Notes under the pieces: model-generated | Told to the model about the DNA's origin: nothing | Database searches by the model: none | Seen by the model: only the letters and a program-made list of their open reading frames with translations | Assembly (NCBI GenBank): GCA_965250285.1 | Contig: OZ252299.1 | Span: 5,952,001 to 6,016,000, forward strand | Source: Myxococcota bacterium | Lineage (GTDB): Bacteria > Myxococcota_A > UBA9160 > UBA4427 | Direction: 5' to 3' | DNA: 64,000 bases | Shown here: piece by piece, positions 1 through 13,639 of the stretch | How the letters are laid out: each line of letters opens with the position of its first letter | Numbering within the stretch: the stretch's first letter is position 1 | Made by a program: the position numbers and the translations under genes

Positions 1-2
1 TG

Positions 3-1373
3 CAGACGTGGAACAGGCTGGCCGCGTATCGCGCGATCGGGCATCCGGTCGACAAGGTCGAGCTGATCGTGCTCGGTGGCACCTGGTCGTTCCATCCCGA
101 GCCCTATCAGGTGTGGTTCGTGAAGCGGTGCTTCGACGCGATGAACGACTTCGGTGCCGGTGTCGATGAACGCGAGGCGGTGCAGTCGGCGATCGAAGAC
201 TGGGACGCGCTGCCGGCCCGGGTCGATGCGCGCGATCACGAGAAGAACCCCTACAACCGGGTCGTGAGTGGGTTTCTCGGCGAGCGGCTCTCGGGAGGGC
301 TGCTCGACGCGGGGGAGGACGCCGACTGGCCGGCACTCGAGGCGGCGCACCGACACAACGAGACGGCGGCGTGCCGCAGCGTGGGTCTCGTGCTCGAGAC
401 GCGCCCCGATCACGTCGACGCCGCCGAGGTGCTGCGGCTTCGCCGGCTCGGTGCGACGAAGGTGCAGCTCGGCTTGCAGAGCCTCGACGATGCCGTGCTC
501 GAAGCGAACCGGCGCGGTCACGACGTGGCGGCCAGCCGGTCGGCCATGGCGCGCCTGCGCGCCGCGGGCTTCAAGCTGCACGCGCACTGGATGGCGAACC
601 TGAAGGGCGCGACACCCGAGCGCGACGTCGCCGACTTCGCCCGGCTCTTCGACGACGCTGCGTTCCGGCCCGACGAGCTCAAGCTCTACCCGTGCAGTCT
701 GATCGAGAGCGCCGAGCTGATGCGCGACTACGAGGCGGGCACGTGGCGGCCGTACACGCACGACGAGCTGCTCGACGTCGTGGCGACCTCGCTCGCGCGG
801 GTACCGCGCTGGTGTCGCGTGACCCGGGTGATCCGCGACATCTCGAGCGACGACATCGTGGTGGGCAACAAGCGCACGAACTTCAGGCAGATCGCCGAAG
901 CCGAAGTCGAGCGACGCGGCGGGCGATGTGAGGACGTGCGCGCGCGTGAGATCGGCCGCGATGCGTTCGAGCCGAGTGAGGTGAAGCTGCAGGTGACCGA
1001 GTACGAGACGGCCGCGGGCCTCGAGTGCTTTCACGAGTTCGTGACGCCGGACGATCGGATCCTCGGCTTCCTGCGGCTCTCGTTGCCCGACGGGCGCGCC
1101 GAGGCGCCGGCCGAGATCGCCGGGGCGGCGGTGATCCGCGAGGTGCACGTGTACGGCGCTGCCGTCGGTCTGGGCGCAGATTCAGAGGGACGCGCGCAGC
1201 ACCGGGGCCTCGGCAGCCGGCTCATCGAAGCGGCGGCCGAGCGCGCGCGCGGGGCCGGCTTCGCGCAGCTCGCGGTCATCTCGGCGATCGGCACGCGGGG
1301 CTACTACCGCGCCCGCGGCTTCCGCGACGGGGCACTCTATCAGCACCGGGCGCTCCCGATCGGCGCGGGCTGA
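3..1373 (+). CDS. elp3: Elp3-family tRNA uridine(34) acetyltransferase (radical SAM + GNAT), 5'-truncated by window edge
   Basis: Frame is open from position 3 (QTWNRLAAYRAIGHPVDKVELIVLGGTW). Motifs ETRPD, NRRGH, PDELKLYP, RVIRDI, IREVHVYG, QHRGLG and VISAIGTRGYYR are typical of Elp3. Confidence 0.9.
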   Translation, partial: QTWNRLAAYRAIGHPVDKVELIVLGGTWSFHPEPYQVWFVKRCFDAMNDFGAGVDEREAVQSAIEDWDALPARVDARDHEKNPYNRVVSGFLGERLSGGLLDAGEDADWPALEAAHRHNETAACRSVGLVLETRPDHVDAAEVLRLRRLGATKVQLGLQSLDDAVLEANRRGHDVAASRSAMARLRAAGFKLHAHWMANLKGATPERDVADFARLFDDAAFRPDELKLYPCSLIESAELMRDYEAGTWRPYTHDELLDVVATSLARVPRWCRVTRVIRDISSDDIVVGNKRTNFRQIAEAEVERRGGRCEDVRAREIGRDAFEPSEVKLQVTEYETAAGLECFHEFVTPDDRILGFLRLSLPDGRAEAPAEIAGAAVIREVHVYGAAVGLGADSEGRAQHRGLGSRLIEAAAERARGAGFAQLAVISAIGTRGYYRARGFRDGALYQHRALPIGAG

Positions 1374-1490
1374 GGTCGCGCCTTTCGGGGTTGCGTTCGC
1401 TCGTCACCCTGGGATCATCGAACGCCCCGCCAACCGCGATCCGTCGCACCCCCCACACGCCGGCGCTCTGACCGGCCCAGGAGACCCCCC

Positions 1491-2525
<1,035 letters not shown>

Positions 2526-2575
2526 GCCGCCATCACGCTCGGCACGGTCCGCCGAAGCACGAAGGGAGCCCCGCC

Positions 2576-3037
2576 ATGACCGCACCCGAAACCGACCCCG
2601 AGCTCGCCGAACTGGGCCTGCCCCCGATCGATCAGGTGGGCTTCGTCGTGAAGTCGGTCGACGCCGCTGCCGAGCGCTACGCGGCGATGTTCGGGCCGTT
2701 CACGCGTATGGATGGCTCGGTGCAGGGCGCCGACTACCGCGGCCGCGACTGCGACGTGCAGCTCGAGATCCTCTTCGGCAAGTCGGGCGACGTCGAGATC
2801 GAGTTCATCGAGTGGCGCGGCGGTGAGAGCCCGCACCGCGAGTTCATCGAGGCCGGGCGCGAGGGGATGCATCACCTTCGCTACCGCGTCGACGACACCG
2901 ACGCGTGGATCGAGAAGATGAAGACCGTCGGCTACGAGCCGATCTGGTACAAGCAGTTCAGCGAAGACATCGTCTTCGCCTATCTCGAGCGCCCGGGCGA
3001 TCCACTGCTGATCGAGTTCCTGCAGATGCCGGCCTGA
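2576..3037 (+). CDS. VOC family protein (glyoxalase/methylmalonyl-CoA epimerase-like)
   Basis: IDQVGFVV, IEFIE and EGMHHL motifs. ATG at 2576 follows GGGAG; the upstream part of ORF 2165 overlaps the LLM gene and was discarded. Confidence 0.82.
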   Translation: MTAPETDPELAELGLPPIDQVGFVVKSVDAAAERYAAMFGPFTRMDGSVQGADYRGRDCDVQLEILFGKSGDVEIEFIEWRGGESPHREFIEAGREGMHHLRYRVDDTDAWIEKMKTVGYEPIWYKQFSEDIVFAYLERPGDPLLIEFLQMPA

Positions 3038-3064
3038 ACCGACGCGGCAACCGCCGAAACAGGG

Positions 3065-3097
3065 AGGGGCCGACTCGTTCCGGACGAGTCGGCCCCT
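3065..3097. terminator. Likely bidirectional intrinsic terminator between the convergent VOC and clpB genes
   Basis: Perfect 14-bp inverted repeat aggggccgactcgt / acgagtcggcccct with a 5-nt loop; flanks gaaac and gtttc. Confidence 0.8.
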
Positions 3098-3122
3098 TCG
3101 TCGTTTCTGTGCTCACTCGAGG

Positions 3123-5717
3123 TCAGGTCTTCTTGAACTCGAGTGCGTCGCCGTTGGTGGCGACCGTGGCCTGGATCTTCGAGCCTTCCGGGAACCGGCC
3201 CTCGAGGATCAGGATCGCGAGCGGATCCTGCACCAGGCGCTGAATCACGCGCTTGAGCGGCCGTGCACCGTACTGCGGGTCGTACCCACGGTCGGCGATC
3301 AGCTGCTTCGCATCCTCCGACAGCTCGAGCGTGAGCCGCTTCTCTTCGAGCAGGCGTTCGAGCCGGGTCAGCTGCAGGTCGGCGATGTGGTGGATCTGAT
3401 CGCGCTTCAGCTGGTGGAAGATCATCACGTCGTCGACCCGGTTCAGGAACTCGGGCTTGAAGTGCGCGCGCAGCGCACCCATGACCTGCTCCTCCATCTC
3501 GGCGCTCTGACTCGCCTCGTCCATCTCGACGATGTGATGACTGCCGATGTTCGACGTCATGATCAGCACCGTGTTGCGGAAGTCGACGGTGCGACCCTGG
3601 CCATCGGTCAGGCGGCCGTCGTCGAGGATCTGCAGGAACACGTTGAACACGTCGGGGTGCGCCTTCTCGATCTCGTCGAAGAGCACGACCGAGTACGGTC
3701 GCCGACGCACGGCCTCGGTGAGATAGCCGCCCTCGTCGTACCCGACGTAGCCAGGAGGTGCGCCGATCATGCGCGAGACCGAGTGCTTCTCCATGAACTC
3801 ACTCATGTCGATGCGCACCATGGCCTGCTCGTCGTCGAAGAGGAACTCGGCGAGCGCGCGCGCGGTCTCGGTCTTGCCGACGCCGGTGGGGCCGAGGAAG
3901 ATGAAGCTGCCGATGGGGCGATCGGGATCCTGCAGGCCCGCTCGGGCGCGGCGCACGGCGTTCGACACGGCGACGAGCGCCTCGTCCTGGCCGACCACGC
4001 GGCGATGCAGCTGCTCCTCCATGTGGACGAGCTTCTCCTGCTCGCTCTCGAGCATCTTCGACACCGGGATCCCGGTCCACTTCGAGACGATCTCGGCGAT
4101 CTCGTCCGAGGTCACCTCCTCACTCAGCAGCGAGCCTTCGACCTGCTGGGCCTCGAGCGCCTGCTGCTTCTCTTCGATCGTCTTCTCGAGCGCGACGAGC
4201 TCGCCGTAGCGGATCTCGGCCGCGCGCTCGAGGTCACCCTGACGCGTGACCCGCTCGAGCTCGGCTTCGAGGTGCTCCTTGCGCTCCTTCGCGTCGCGCA
4301 CGTCGGCGATGAAGCTCTTCTCGTTTTGCCAGCGGGCCATCATCGCGTCGCTCTGAGAGCGAAGCTCGGCGATCTCGAGCTCGACCGTCTCGGCGCGATG
4401 CTTGCTCGCGTCGTCGGTCTCCTTCTTGAGCGCCTCTCGCTCGATCTCGAGCTGCATGCGCTTGCGCTCGATCGCGTCGAGCTCTTCGGGCATCGAGTCG
4501 ATCTGCACGCGCACCCGGCTCGCGGCCTCGTCGACGAGGTCGATCGCCTTATCGGGCAAGAATCGGTCGGTGATGTAGCGGTCACTCAGCTTCGCGGCCG
4601 CGACGAGCGCACCGTCGGCGATGCGCACGCCGTGGTGCACCTCGTAGCGCTCCTTCAGGCCACGCAGGATCGACACCGTGTCTTCGACCGACGGCTCACC
4701 GACGAACACGGGCTGGAAGCGCCGCTCGAGCGCCGAATCCTTCTCGACATGCTTGCGGTACTCGTCGAGCGTCGTCGCGCCGACACAGTGAAGCTCACCG
4801 CGCGCGAGCGCGGGCTTCAGCATGTTCGCCGCGTCGGCCGCGCCCTCGGCGGCGCCGGCGCCGACGATCGTGTGCAGCTCGTCGATGAAGAGGATGATCT
4901 GGCCCTCGGCCTCGGTCACCTCGCGGAGCACCGCCTTCAAGCGGTCTTCGAACTCGCCGCGGTACTTCGCACCCGCGATCAGCGCGCCGATGTCGAGCGC
5001 GATGAGGTCGCGGTCCTTGAGCGATTCGGGGACGTCGCCGGCGACGATGCGCTGGGCGAGGCCCTCGGCGATGGCGGTCTTGCCCACACCGGGCTCGCCG
5101 ATGAGGACGGGGTTGTTCTTGCTGCGGCGCGAGAGCACCTGCACGACGCGGCGAATCTCTTCGTCACGCCCGACCACGGGGTCGAGCTTGCCGCTGCGCG
5201 CGACGGCCGTGAGATCGCGGCCGTACTTCTCGAGCGCCTGGTACTTGCTCTCGGGATCCTGGTCGGTCACGCGTGCACCTCCTCTGACCTGGGCGAGCGC
5301 TTCGAGCACGGTGTCGGGGTCGGCGCCCTGCTCGCGGAGCATCTTGCCCGTCGCATCCTGCTCGTCGCTCGCCATGGCGAGCAGCAGGTGCTCGGTCGAT
5401 ACGTATTCGTCGCGCATCTGCTCGGCCGACTGCACGGCCGCGTTCAGGATGCGCGAACAGTTCTGGGAGAGGCCTGCCTGGCCGTTGCCGCCGCTCACGC
5501 GGGGCAGCTTCTCGATCAGTCCCGCGGCGCGTTCGCGCAGCGCGTCGACCGGCACACCCGCCTTCTGCAGCACGGGGATCGTGCTGCCTTCGGGCTGCGC
5601 CAGCAGCGCCGCAAGCAGGTGGACGGGCTCGATGAGCGAGTGGCCGCGCGCCTGGGCATCGCCCTGGGCGGCCTGCAGAGCCTCCTGACTCTTGAGTGTG
5701 AGCTTGTTGAAGTCCAT
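3123..5717 (-). CDS. clpB: ATP-dependent disaggregase ClpB
   Basis: Two AAA+ modules ([16 protein letters not shown]), coiled-coil middle domain and GARPLKR; start MDFNKLT at 5717. Confidence 0.97.
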   Translation of the reverse strand: MDFNKLTLKSQEALQAAQGDAQARGHSLIEPVHLLAALLAQPEGSTIPVLQKAGVPVDALRERAAGLIEKLPRVSGGNGQAGLSQNCSRILNAAVQSAEQMRDEYVSTEHLLLAMASDEQDATGKMLREQGADPDTVLEALAQVRGGARVTDQDPESKYQALEKYGRDLTAVARSGKLDPVVGRDEEIRRVVQVLSRRSKNNPVLIGEPGVGKTAIAEGLAQRIVAGDVPESLKDRDLIALDIGALIAGAKYRGEFEDRLKAVLREVTEAEGQIILFIDELHTIVGAGAAEGAADAANMLKPALARGELHCVGATTLDEYRKHVEKDSALERRFQPVFVGEPSVEDTVSILRGLKERYEVHHGVRIADGALVAAAKLSDRYITDRFLPDKAIDLVDEAASRVRVQIDSMPEELDAIERKRMQLEIEREALKKETDDASKHRAETVELEIAELRSQSDAMMARWQNEKSFIADVRDAKERKEHLEAELERVTRQGDLERAAEIRYGELVALEKTIEEKQQALEAQQVEGSLLSEEVTSDEIAEIVSKWTGIPVSKMLESEQEKLVHMEEQLHRRVVGQDEALVAVSNAVRRARAGLQDPDRPIGSFIFLGPTGVGKTETARALAEFLFDDEQAMVRIDMSEFMEKHSVSRMIGAPPGYVGYDEGGYLTEAVRRRPYSVVLFDEIEKAHPDVFNVFLQILDDGRLTDGQGRTVDFRNTVLIMTSNIGSHHIVEMDEASQSAEMEEQVMGALRAHFKPEFLNRVDDVMIFHQLKRDQIHHIADLQLTRLERLLEEKRLTLELSEDAKQLIADRGYDPQYGARPLKRVIQRLVQDPLAILILEGRFPEGSKIQATVATNGDALEFKKT

Positions 5718-5921
5718 GCCGGGAACGCTGTTCACGATCTGGACGGATGCAACCCGTCAGGTCGAAACAAGTCGGTCCAGCCGCTGAGACTCGATCTGGA
5801 GCCACCCCTCGAGCCGCTCGATCGCGGCCCAGGGGGGGCGGTGTTGCTGCGTACGAACCGCGTCCGCGCGCGGCAACCACACGCTTCTGCAACCGGCGCG
5901 CGGCGCGGTGGCGCGTCGCGG

Positions 5922-7409
<1,488 letters not shown>

Positions 7410-7542
7410 GCCTCGTTGCTCCGTTTCATCGAGAGGCACGTCGGCCCCTCGTCGATGTGGTCCTGCCATGCTTTGGCCCTGCGCCGCCTGTCGATCTTCG
7501 CATCCGGGTCCGACGCAACCCCGGCGGTTGCCGGCGTCGCCT

Positions 7543-8970
7543 TCAGCGCAGCGGAATCGCCACGTTGTAGCGACCGTTGCCGCGGCGCACGACCGCGAGT
7601 GCACGGGGTCGTCCCCGCAGATTGAGCAGGGCGCGCTGCAGCGCCTCCTCGCTGTCGAGGCGCATTCCGTTCAGGCCGAGCAGGTTGTCCCCTCGTCGGA
7701 TGCCGACGAGCTCGGCCGGTCCCCGGCGGCGGATCGAGTCGACGATGAAGCCGCGGCCGTCCTTCCATTCGAGTCTCACGCCGATGAATCGGTTCGCGAG
7801 TTCGCCGATCAGATCGTCTGGGATCGGCTCGGCCTCGATCGTCAGGTTCATCTTGCGGTCGTTCCGGAACACTTCCAGGTCGATGGCCTGACCCACGGTC
7901 ACGGTCTCGAGCATCGAGAAGAACTCGCGGGCGCCGTCGACCTTGGTCCCGTCGAGCGTCGCGATCACGTCGCCTCGGCGAAGCCCCGCCTTCGACGCCG
8001 GGCCATCGGGGTCGACGCGGTTCACCAGCACGCCGACCACCCCGTTTGGCAGATCCATCACCTCGCGCAGCGCCGGGTCGAGATTCTGGAAGTCGAGCCC
8101 GAGCGTCACCGGCATCACTTCGCCGTGTTCGATGAGTTCGGCGACCACGCGGAGCGCCGCATCGATGGGGATCGCGAACCCGATCCCCTGGCCCGACCCG
8201 AAGATCGCCGTGTTGATCGCGATCAGGTTGCCCTCGGCGTTGAGCAGCGGCCCGCCCGAGTTGCCGGGGTTGATCGATGCGTCGGTCTGGATGAAGCCGT
8301 GGAAGCTGCGTTCTCCGATCTGGATCGAGCGATCGGTCGCCGACACCACGCCGGTCGTCACCGTGTTCGAGAACCCGAACGGGTTGCCGATCGCGATCAC
8401 GGGCTCGCCGACGAGGATGTCGCGCGATTCGCCCGGGGGCACCCAGGGCAGCTGGTCCTCGGTGTTCACGACCAGCACGGCGAGATCGTTCGTCGGATCG
8501 GCGCCGATGACCTTGGCCTCGTACTCGCGGCCGTCGTTCAGGGTCACGAAGATGCGCGACGCGCTCGCGACCACGTGTTCGTTCGTGAGCACGTGTCGAT
8601 CGGCGTCGATCAGCACGCCCGAGCCGAGGCTCTCGACGGTCTGTCGCCGCTGGGGCGCCATGAACTGCCGGAAGTACGAGTTGGCGCGGTTGTCGTACTG
8701 GTAGAAGGGACTGCGCTGCTCGACCACCTGCTCGGTCGTGATGTTGACGACGGCGGGGCCGACCTTCTCGACCGCGAGCACGGTCGGCGTGCGGCGCAGG
8801 AACGGGTCGTCCGCCAAGGCCCCCGCTGCGGCCGCGAGTGACACGAGCCCGACCGCGAGCCCGGCGACGCACCCGCGAAGGCCGGCGCGGCGGCTCGCTC
8901 CCTGCGGCCCGCGTGCAGCCTCTCCATTCCCCGTGCGGCGAATTCGAGCGATGATCGGCAGACTCCTCAC
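7543..8970 (-). CDS. HtrA-family trypsin-like serine protease with PDZ domains
   Basis: TNEHV, DLAVL and ASINPGNSGGPL motifs, with a hydrophobic signal segment. GTG start at 8970 is estimated and supported by a promoter-like motif at 9014-9022. Confidence 0.88.
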   Translation of the reverse strand: MRSLPIIARIRRTGNGEAARGPQGASRRAGLRGCVAGLAVGLVSLAAAAGALADDPFLRRTPTVLAVEKVGPAVVNITTEQVVEQRSPFYQYDNRANSYFRQFMAPQRRQTVESLGSGVLIDADRHVLTNEHVVASASRIFVTLNDGREYEAKVIGADPTNDLAVLVVNTEDQLPWVPPGESRDILVGEPVIAIGNPFGFSNTVTTGVVSATDRSIQIGERSFHGFIQTDASINPGNSGGPLLNAEGNLIAINTAIFGSGQGIGFAIPIDAALRVVAELIEHGEVMPVTLGLDFQNLDPALREVMDLPNGVVGVLVNRVDPDGPASKAGLRRGDVIATLDGTKVDGAREFFSMLETVTVGQAIDLEVFRNDRKMNLTIEAEPIPDDLIGELANRFIGVRLEWKDGRGFIVDSIRRRGPAELVGIRRGDNLLGLNGMRLDSEEALQRALLNLRGRPRALAVVRRGNGRYNVAIPLR

Positions 8971-9208
8971 GGCGCGGCTGCGGCGGACGCAGCCTGGGGC
9001 GCGATGGGGCAGGACCGTAGCAGTCCCAGGTGGGTGTCCCCGCGAGGGTCGCGGGTTCCGGGTTGGACACGCGAGACGGGCCGTGGGCTCACGTCGCGCC
9101 GCGGGCGCGAAACGGCGCACAGTCGTCCAGGTGTCTCGGTCCCGCACGCGCGAAACCGCGCACAGTTGTCTTCGCGCCTCGGCGCCGCGCAAGGGAAGGG
9201 CTCCGGAC

Positions 9209-10402
9209 TTGTCTTTGCTGTCTGCTGAGTCGGCCCCGTCGGACTTCGTCGACGAGGTGCGAAGCGTCTTCGAGGGGCGCTTCGGCCGTGCGCCCGAGTG
9301 GGGCGCCCGTGCGCCCGGTCGCGTGAACCTGATCGGCGAACACACCGACTATGGCGGCGGTCTGGTGATGCCGTGCGCGATCGACCGCGACACGGTGTGC
9401 TTCGGCGCGCCCCGGGGCGATCGGCGGCTGCGCGTCTTCGCGCGAGACCTGGACGAAACGGCCGAGTTCGATCTCGACGCGCCGACGCGACAGGACGGCT
9501 TCGTCGACTATGTGCAGGCGGTCGTCTGGAGCCTGGCCGAGTCGGGCCACGACGTGCCCGGGCTCGATCTCGTCGTGTCGAGTCGCGTGCCGCCCGAGTC
9601 GGGCCTGTCGAGCTCGGCCGCGCTCGGGCTCGCGGTGATCGGCGTGCTGCAACAGGCGGCCGGGCTCGGTCTCGATCTGGAGACCCAGGCCCGAATCGTC
9701 CACCGCGGCGAGTGTGACTTCGTCGGCGTCGGATGCGGTCTGCTCGATCAATTCGCCAGCGCGCTCGGGCGCCGCGATCACGCCTTGCGCATCGACTGCC
9801 AGACCGGTGCCTGGCGCGCCGTGCCGATGCCGCCGGGCGAGCTCGCGATCCTGCTCGTCCACAGTGAGGTCGAACGCGCGCTCGCAGGCGGCGCCTATCG
9901 ACAGCGCGTCGACGAGTGCGCCGCCGCGGTCGCAGGCGCGCGGGCCGCAGGCATCGGAGGCGCTGGGCTCGAAGCGCTGAGCGACCTCTCGGTCGAGCAT
10001 CTCCCCGCGCTCGAGCGTGTGCTCGACCCGGTGCCCTTTCGGCGAGCGCGGCACGTCCTGACCGAGAACGCGCGCGTCGATGCGTTCGTCGCCGCGCTCG
10101 AGGCGGGCGATCTCGGCGCCCTGGGCCCGATCCTCCACGCCGGCCAGGCCAGCCTGCGCGACGACTACGAGGTCTCGGTGCCCCAGCTCGACGCGCTGTG
10201 TACGTGGGGCGAGGCGACCGAGGGCGTGATCGGCGCGCGGCTCACGGGCGCAGGCTTCGGGGGCTGCGCACTGCTGCTCGTTCGGCCCGCGGCGACCCAG
10301 TCGGTGGCCGCCGCGATGCAGGCGCGGTTCGCCGAGCGCTTCGGCCGAACGCCGCGCGTCTTCGCCGTGCACGTCGGCGACGGGGCGGCACCGATCGTCT
10401 GA
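9209..10402 (+). CDS. galK: Galactokinase
   Basis: APGRVNLIGEHTDY, GLSSSA and GARLTGAGFGGC motifs; TTG start after a purine-rich tract. Confidence 0.92.
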   Translation: MSLLSAESAPSDFVDEVRSVFEGRFGRAPEWGARAPGRVNLIGEHTDYGGGLVMPCAIDRDTVCFGAPRGDRRLRVFARDLDETAEFDLDAPTRQDGFVDYVQAVVWSLAESGHDVPGLDLVVSSRVPPESGLSSSAALGLAVIGVLQQAAGLGLDLETQARIVHRGECDFVGVGCGLLDQFASALGRRDHALRIDCQTGAWRAVPMPPGELAILLVHSEVERALAGGAYRQRVDECAAAVAGARAAGIGGAGLEALSDLSVEHLPALERVLDPVPFRRARHVLTENARVDAFVAALEAGDLGALGPILHAGQASLRDDYEVSVPQLDALCTWGEATEGVIGARLTGAGFGGCALLLVRPAATQSVAAAMQARFAERFGRTPRVFAVHVGDGAAPIV

Positions 10403-10408
10403 CGGTCC

Positions 10409-11041
10409 TCAGTCGACGTCGAGCGCCGCACGCAGGCTGCGCACGGCCGCGACGGGGTCTCGCGCCTGCAGGACGTGACCCGTCACGGCGATCCCGGCCG
10501 CGCCGGCTGTGCGCGCCGACGCTGCGTTCTGTTCGGTGAGGCCGCCCTGGGCGATCACCCGCCCCGGCAACCCGGTCAGCACCTGGGCGCCGAGCGCCGT
10601 TCGCTCCGGGGGCTTCGAGATCGGGTCGAAGATCGGCGCGAGGTGCGCGTAGTCGGCGCCGCGCGCGACTGCGGCGCGCACCTCGTCGACGCTGTGACAC
10701 GACACGCCGATCAGCGCGCCTGGCCCGACGAGGCTGCGCGCTGCATCGATTGGCAGCGCGTCGAAGCCCAGGTGCACGCCGTCGGCCCCCGCCGCCAGGG
10801 CGACATCGGCGCGCCGGTTCACGATCACGCGCGCCGGCCGATCGGCGCTGCGAGCGCCCGCGACGAGCGCGCGCGTGAAGTCGTAGAGCGCATCGGCCTC
10901 GAGCGTGCGATCGCGCACCTGGAGCCAGTCGACGCCGGCCTCGATCAGCGCGCGCACGCGCTCGGTCGGGCCGTCGTCGCCGCCCGCCAGACCTGCGCGG
11001 TCGACCACGAGACAGATCAGCGAAGCGCGGTCACTCGACAC
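10409..11041 (-). CDS. thiE: Thiamine phosphate synthase (ThiE/TenI family)
   Basis: LQVRDR, VNRRADVA, DGVHLG and IGVSCHS motifs; lies downstream of thiG. Confidence 0.8.
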   Translation of the reverse strand: MSSDRASLICLVVDRAGLAGGDDGPTERVRALIEAGVDWLQVRDRTLEADALYDFTRALVAGARSADRPARVIVNRRADVALAAGADGVHLGFDALPIDAARSLVGPGALIGVSCHSVDEVRAAVARGADYAHLAPIFDPISKPPERTALGAQVLTGLPGRVIAQGGLTEQNAASARTAGAAGIAVTGHVLQARDPVAAVRSLRAALDVD

Positions 11042-11058
11042 GCGGGGCGCGCTTCGCG

Positions 11059-11847
11059 CTAGAAGCGCGCCATCCCGTCGAGCGGGCTCGAAGCGGTGGC
11101 GTAGAGCCGCATCGGCATGCGGCCCGAGACGTACGCGAGGCGGCCCGCCTCGATGCCGAGCCTCATCGCACGGGCCATCGCCAGCGGATCCTTGGCGGCC
11201 GCGATGGCCGTGTTCATGAGCACGGCCGTCGCGCCGAGCTCCATCGCGACGGCGGCGTCGCTCGCCGTGCCTACGCCGGCGTCGACGATCACCGGCACCT
11301 CGACGGTCTCCATGATGATGCGCAGATTGGCCGGGTTGCGGATGCCCATGCCCGAGCCGATCGGCGCCGCGAGCGGCATGACCGCCGGGCAGCCCATCGC
11401 CTCGAGCTGCTGACACGCCACCGGGTCGTCGGTCACGTAGGGCAGCACCGTGAAGCCATCGTCGAGCAGCACTTTGGCGGCTTCGAGGGTGGCGGCCACG
11501 TCGGGGTAGAGCGTTCTCTCGTCGCCGATGACCTCGAGCTTGACGAGATCGGTGTCGAGCAGCTCGCGCCCCAGACGCGCGGTCGTGATGGCGTCGTCGG
11601 CCGTGTAGCAGCCCGCCGTGTTCGGCAGGATCGTGAAGCGTTCGGGCGAGATCACGTCGAGCAGGCTCGGCCCCTTGCTCTTGTCGAGGTTCACGCGGCG
11701 GAGCGCGACGGTGATCATCTCGGCCCCGCTCGCCTCGAGGCACGCGAGGTTCTGCTCGAAGCTCTCGTACTTGCCGCTGCCGATGATGAGTCGCGACGAG
11801 AACGTGCGGTCGCCGACCTTGAACGTATCGGTCTGCTCTTCGGACAT
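11059..11847 (-). CDS. thiG: Thiazole synthase
   Basis: [33 protein letters not shown] and VDAGVG motifs. Confidence 0.96.
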   Translation of the reverse strand: MSEEQTDTFKVGDRTFSSRLIIGSGKYESFEQNLACLEASGAEMITVALRRVNLDKSKGPSLLDVISPERFTILPNTAGCYTADDAITTARLGRELLDTDLVKLEVIGDERTLYPDVAATLEAAKVLLDDGFTVLPYVTDDPVACQQLEAMGCPAVMPLAAPIGSGMGIRNPANLRIIMETVEVPVIVDAGVGTASDAAVAMELGATAVLMNTAIAAAKDPLAMARAMRLGIEAGRLAYVSGRMPMRLYATASSPLDGMARF

Positions 11848-11852
11848 GTCTT

Positions 11853-12077
11853 TCAACCTCCCCCCACCGCTTCGAGAATCTCCACCCGATCGCCGGCGGC
11901 GATCACGCAGCGCGCGTGCTGTGAGCGCGGCACGACCTCGCGGTTGATCGCGACTGCGACGCGCTTGCCCTCGAGGCCGAGCGACCGGATCAGGGCCGGC
12001 AGCGCGCCGCCCTCGGGCAGCGCGCGAGGCTCGCCGTTTACGAGAATGGAGGCGCTCGGGGTCGGGGCTTCGCTCAT
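11853..12077 (-). CDS. thiS: Sulfur carrier protein ThiS
   Basis: VNGE...[11 protein letters not shown]...EILEAVGGG with C-terminal GG; immediately upstream of thiG. Confidence 0.93.
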   Translation of the reverse strand: MSEAPTPSASILVNGEPRALPEGGALPALIRSLGLEGKRVAVAINREVVPRSQHARCVIAAGDRVEILEAVGGG

Positions 12078-12296
12078 GGCGACCTCGCCGCAGCTGGGCG
12101 TCGCGGGTGGATGCGCCGGGGCCGTGTCCCCCCGCGCCCCGCCACGGTACATCGCATGCGCGCCGCAGACACGCGCGCCGCCGCCCGCGTCGCGTGATCG
12201 TGGCCGGCGTCGAACGCCTTGGCGGCGCACGGTCGCCTCGACTATCCATGCGCGAGTCGCTGCCACGTCGCGGGGCGGCCCGATCCGGAGACCTCG

Positions 12297-13472
12297 ATGA
12301 GCCCCGACTCTGTCCGCGAGCCCGCTCCCGAACGGCCGTGCGAGGCCGTCGTCGATCTCGGCGCGCTGGTGGCCAACTACGAGCTCGCCGGCCGGATCGC
12401 GGGCGGACGGCCGCTGTATCCGGTGATCAAGGCCGACGCGTACGGCCACGGCGCGCTCGTGGTGGCCCGCGCCCTCGTCGAGGCCGGGGCCGATCGACTC
12501 TCGGTGCTCTCGGTCAAGGAGGCCGCCGAGCTGCGCCACGACGGCGTCGAGGTGCCGATCCTCGTGCTCGCCGGGGCCGCGAGCGCGGCCGAGGCCGACG
12601 CTGCGGTCGGCCTCGACCTGGTGGTCGCGGTGCACGATTTCGCCGATGCCGACCGCCTCGGGCAGGCCGCGGCCGCCTTCGGGCGGACGGTCCGCGTGCA
12701 CGTCGAGGTCGATACCGGCATGCGGCGGATGGGCGTCGCGACCGAGCAGGCGGTCGCGCTGTTGCGCCACGTCGTCGCCACCGAGCGCCTCGAGCTCGAA
12801 GGCGCGTTCACGCACTTCGCGCGGGCGGACGAGGACGACCCGAAGCCGAGCCTCGACCAGATCGAGGCCTTTCGAGCGGTGCTGGCGGCCGCGGCGTCCG
12901 ATGGGATCCGCCCGGCGGTGCTGCACACGCACAACTCGGCGGCCCTGCTCGCCGGGGATCCGCTGACGGATGCCTTCCCCGAGGCCACCGCGGCGCGGCC
13001 CGGGCTCATGCTCTACGGCGTGGCACAGGGCCCGGGTCACGTGGGTCGGGCCGAGCTGCGCCCGGTGATGACCGTCTCGGCCTCGTTGATCGCCGTGCGC
13101 GATGCCGCGCCCGGTGACGGCGTCGGCTACGGCTCGCTGCACCGCTACGACGCGCCCGGCCGCGTCGGCACGGTGGCCCTCGGGTATGCCGACGGCGTGC
13201 CCGTCGCGCTGACCGGCAGCGGCCGCGTGCATCAGGGCGGGCGCGCGATCCCGATGATCGGTCGTGTCTCGATGGATTCGTTCGGCGTCGACCTCACCGG
13301 CACCGCGGCAGAGGTCGGCGATCACGTCGTCTTCTTCGGCGACGTCGGCGACGCGGGCGACCACGGGAGTCGCGTCGAGGCCCAGGCCGCCCGAGCGGGC
13401 ACGATCCCGTACGAGCTGCTCGTGCGCATCGGCGCCCGGGTCCCGCGGCGCTACGTGGGCCGCGGCGACTGA
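12297..13472 (+). CDS. alr: Alanine racemase
   Basis: [10 protein letters not shown] (PLP lysine), [13 protein letters not shown] and GRVSMD motifs. Confidence 0.95.
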   Translation: MSPDSVREPAPERPCEAVVDLGALVANYELAGRIAGGRPLYPVIKADAYGHGALVVARALVEAGADRLSVLSVKEAAELRHDGVEVPILVLAGAASAAEADAAVGLDLVVAVHDFADADRLGQAAAAFGRTVRVHVEVDTGMRRMGVATEQAVALLRHVVATERLELEGAFTHFARADEDDPKPSLDQIEAFRAVLAAAASDGIRPAVLHTHNSAALLAGDPLTDAFPEATAARPGLMLYGVAQGPGHVGRAELRPVMTVSASLIAVRDAAPGDGVGYGSLHRYDAPGRVGTVALGYADGVPVALTGSGRVHQGGRAIPMIGRVSMDSFGVDLTGTAAEVGDHVVFFGDVGDAGDHGSRVEAQAARAGTIPYELLVRIGARVPRRYVGRGD

Positions 13473-13639
13473 GCCGGTCGCCGGGCGGGCGATTGCGCAG
13501 CGCTTCGGAGCACCCCGCGAGAATGGCAGCGAGGCGGCGTCTGGGTTAGAAACTCGGGCGTTCCCCCCATTCCACATAGCCTCTCACCCGCCTTGGCAGA
13601 CGTGCAGACGATGCAGGCGGACCTCCCAGGAGAGAGCCC

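Noticed and set aside
5718..5921. CIRCE/HAIR heat-shock operator upstream of clpB
   Set aside because: No matching inverted repeat seen.
8971..9345. Long N-terminal extensions of the htrA and galK ORFs that overlap head-to-head
   Set aside because: Artefact of longest-ORF calling. Shorter starts with a promoter or purine-rich SD-like tract leave a normal divergent spacer.
12078..12296. Possible TPP riboswitch upstream of thiS-thiG-thiE
   Set aside because: The conserved CUGAGA core is not present on the minus strand.
13473..13639. Possible ZMP/ZTP riboswitch upstream of purH
   Set aside because: Only a weak cgtctggg resemblance, and the 5' GACUGGCG/GUGG-CCAC elements are absent. An Rfam scan would settle it.
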